In this document: positions 62,842 through 64,000 of the stretch, piece after piece
Numbering within the stretch: the stretch's first letter is position 1
How the letters are laid out: every line of letters starts with the position of its first letter
DNA from: Ilumatobacteraceae bacterium
Lineage (GTDB): Bacteria > Actinomycetota > Acidimicrobiia > Acidimicrobiales > Ilumatobacteraceae
Direction: 5' to 3'
Assembly: GCA_024643255.1 (NCBI GenBank)
Contig: JAHENF010000004.1
Span: forward strand, 49,748 to 113,747
DNA length: 64,000 nucleotides
Translations under genes and position numbers: made by a program
The notes under the pieces: model-generated
The model's database searches: none
What the model was told of the DNA's origin: nothing
What the model saw: only the letters and a program-made list of their open reading frames with translations

Positions 62842-64000
62842 ATGGAAGGCGCTCGTGTCGATGTGGCCCGCGGGCTGACCGGAACCGAGGTGGCGTCACG
62901 CGTCGCGGCCGGACACGTGAACATCGTTCCCGATCCACCCGACCGGACGATCTGGCAGATCATCGTGGCCAACACGTTCACCGTGGTCAATGCGATCGTG
63001 TTCTCGCTGTTCGTGCTGGTGTTGGTCTCCGGCAACCCGAAGGACGGCCTGTTCGTCGGTGTCGTCATCTCCAACTCGGTGATCGGGGCGGTGCAGGAGG
63101 TGCGGGCGCGCCGCGAACTTCGGCGGCTCGAGGTGGTGACCGAACCGCTCGCCACGGTGGTGCGTGATGGCACGTCGGTCGAGATCCCGACCGACGGCAT
63201 CGTGATCGACGACGTCATCGAACTCCGTCTCGGAGCGCAGGTCGCCGTCGATGGTGCGGTGCTCGAGTCGACGGGTCTGCGGCTCGACGAGTCGATGCTG
63301 ACCGGCGAAGCGCGCCCGGTTCCAAAGACCGTCGGCGACGACGTGCTCTCGGGCAGTTTCGTGGTGGCGGGCGGGGGCTGGATCACGGCGACGGCGGTCG
63401 GCGCGGACAGTTACGCCAGCACGCTCGTCATCGAGGCCAAGCAGTTCGCGACGGCACACTCCGAGCTCCGGCGGGGGATCGATCGAGTTCTCAGATGGCT
63501 CACCCTGATCATCCCGGTCGCCTCGATCTTCCTGTTCGCGAACCTTCTCGCGACCGAGGACCGATGGCAGGACGCACTGCTCGGCACGGTCGCGGCGGCG
63601 GTCGCGATGGTGCCCGACGGACTCGTGCTGTTGACGAGCCTGGCGTTCATGGCCGGCGTGGTGGCGCTCGCCCGCCGCAATGCGCTCGCCAAGCAGCTGT
63701 CGACCGTCGAGGTGCTGGCGCGGGTCGACGTGCTGTGTGTCGACAAGACCGGAACGATCACGACCGGCGAGATCCGCTTTTCGACCGTACGGCCGACGCC
63801 GGGGCACACCGACGAGGAAGTTCGCGAGGTGTTGGCGGCACTCGTGTCGGCCGATCCGTCGCCGAATGCGACGATGGCGGCGATCGCGGCTGAGGTCGGC
63901 GACGACTCCACATGGGTGGTCGACACCGTCGATGCGTTCGACAGTGACCGCAAGTGGGCGGCGACGTCGTTCGACGGGCGCGGCTGGTTCTACCTCGGCG
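62842..64000 (+). CDS. cation-translocating P-type ATPase, 3' end outside window (absent from the ORF track)
   Basis: Hand translation from ATG 62842 is open to the window end. GLTGTEVASRV, TGEA, PDGL, phosphorylation motif DKTGT at 63742-63756. Confidence 0.85.
   Translation, partial: MEGARVDVARGLTGTEVASRVAAGHVNIVPDPPDRTIWQIIVANTFTVVNAIVFSLFVLVLVSGNPKDGLFVGVVISNSVIGAVQEVRARRELRRLEVVTEPLATVVRDGTSVEIPTDGIVIDDVIELRLGAQVAVDGAVLESTGLRLDESMLTGEARPVPKTVGDDVLSGSFVVAGGGWITATAVGADSYASTLVIEAKQFATAHSELRRGIDRVLRWLTLIIPVASIFLFANLLATEDRWQDALLGTVAAAVAMVPDGLVLLTSLAFMAGVVALARRNALAKQLSTVEVLARVDVLCVDKTGTITTGEIRFSTVRPTPGHTDEEVREVLAALVSADPSPNATMAAIAAEVGDDSTWVVDTVDAFDSDRKWAATSFDGRGWFYLG

Noticed and set aside
1-64000. 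tRNA, rRNA, riboswitch, transposase, integrase, toxin-antitoxin or known defence genes
   Set aside because: No non-coding gap exceeds about 205 nt, and none shows cloverleaf-like or rRNA-like sequence. No recombinase, Cas or classic defence motifs were recognised in any plausible frame. Absence is by eye only and should be confirmed with tRNAscan, Infernal and HMM scans.

Overview
This is a 64-kb, very gene-dense chromosomal segment. I call 60 CDS on both strands, and the longest non-coding gap is about 200 nt. G+C is roughly 70% by eye. Gene content and signals look actinobacterial: TTGTCCACA DnaA boxes, SARP, DUF222-HNH, MMPL, an F420-type LLM oxidoreductase, leaderless-type promoters, frequent GTG/TTG starts and start/stop overlaps. 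I saw no rRNA, tRNA, CRISPR array, transposase or integrase. The backbone includes rpsF-ssb-rpsR-rplI-dnaB (6344-9672), purEK, trmB, azlCD, trkHA, engB and a seven-gene mrpABCDEFG antiporter operon (48708-54578). It also holds a nifJ-type pyruvate:ferredoxin oxidoreductase overlapping a DHOD-like partner (55052-59699), many PLP enzymes, oxygenases and exporters. A 3'-truncated P-type ATPase (62842 to window end) is missing from the ORF track. The most interesting observations are these. (1) An operon of two ferritin-like diiron paralogs plus a Cys4 mini-protein, joined by start/stop overlaps, sits behind an 8-3-8 palindrome. It is followed by a composite membrane protein with a kinase-like, probably inactive, domain and a flippase-like domain (13213-17663). 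(2) A 1137-aa membrane-anchored SARP-BTAD-STAND NTPase carries an extracytoplasmic BMP-like domain (2772-6185). It lies in a 5.6-kb block bracketed by a perfect 20-bp direct repeat. (3) A same-orientation DnaA-box cluster lies upstream of dnaB. (4) Two families of roughly 53-bp hairpin repeats bracket single genes or operons (an SDR gene; the PFOR cassette). (5) A 35% G+C divergent promoter island has a leaderless-type sigma factor gene. Limits: all product calls rest on motifs I recognise by eye. I ran no similarity search, folding or statistics beyond hand counts, and several start codons are uncertain.
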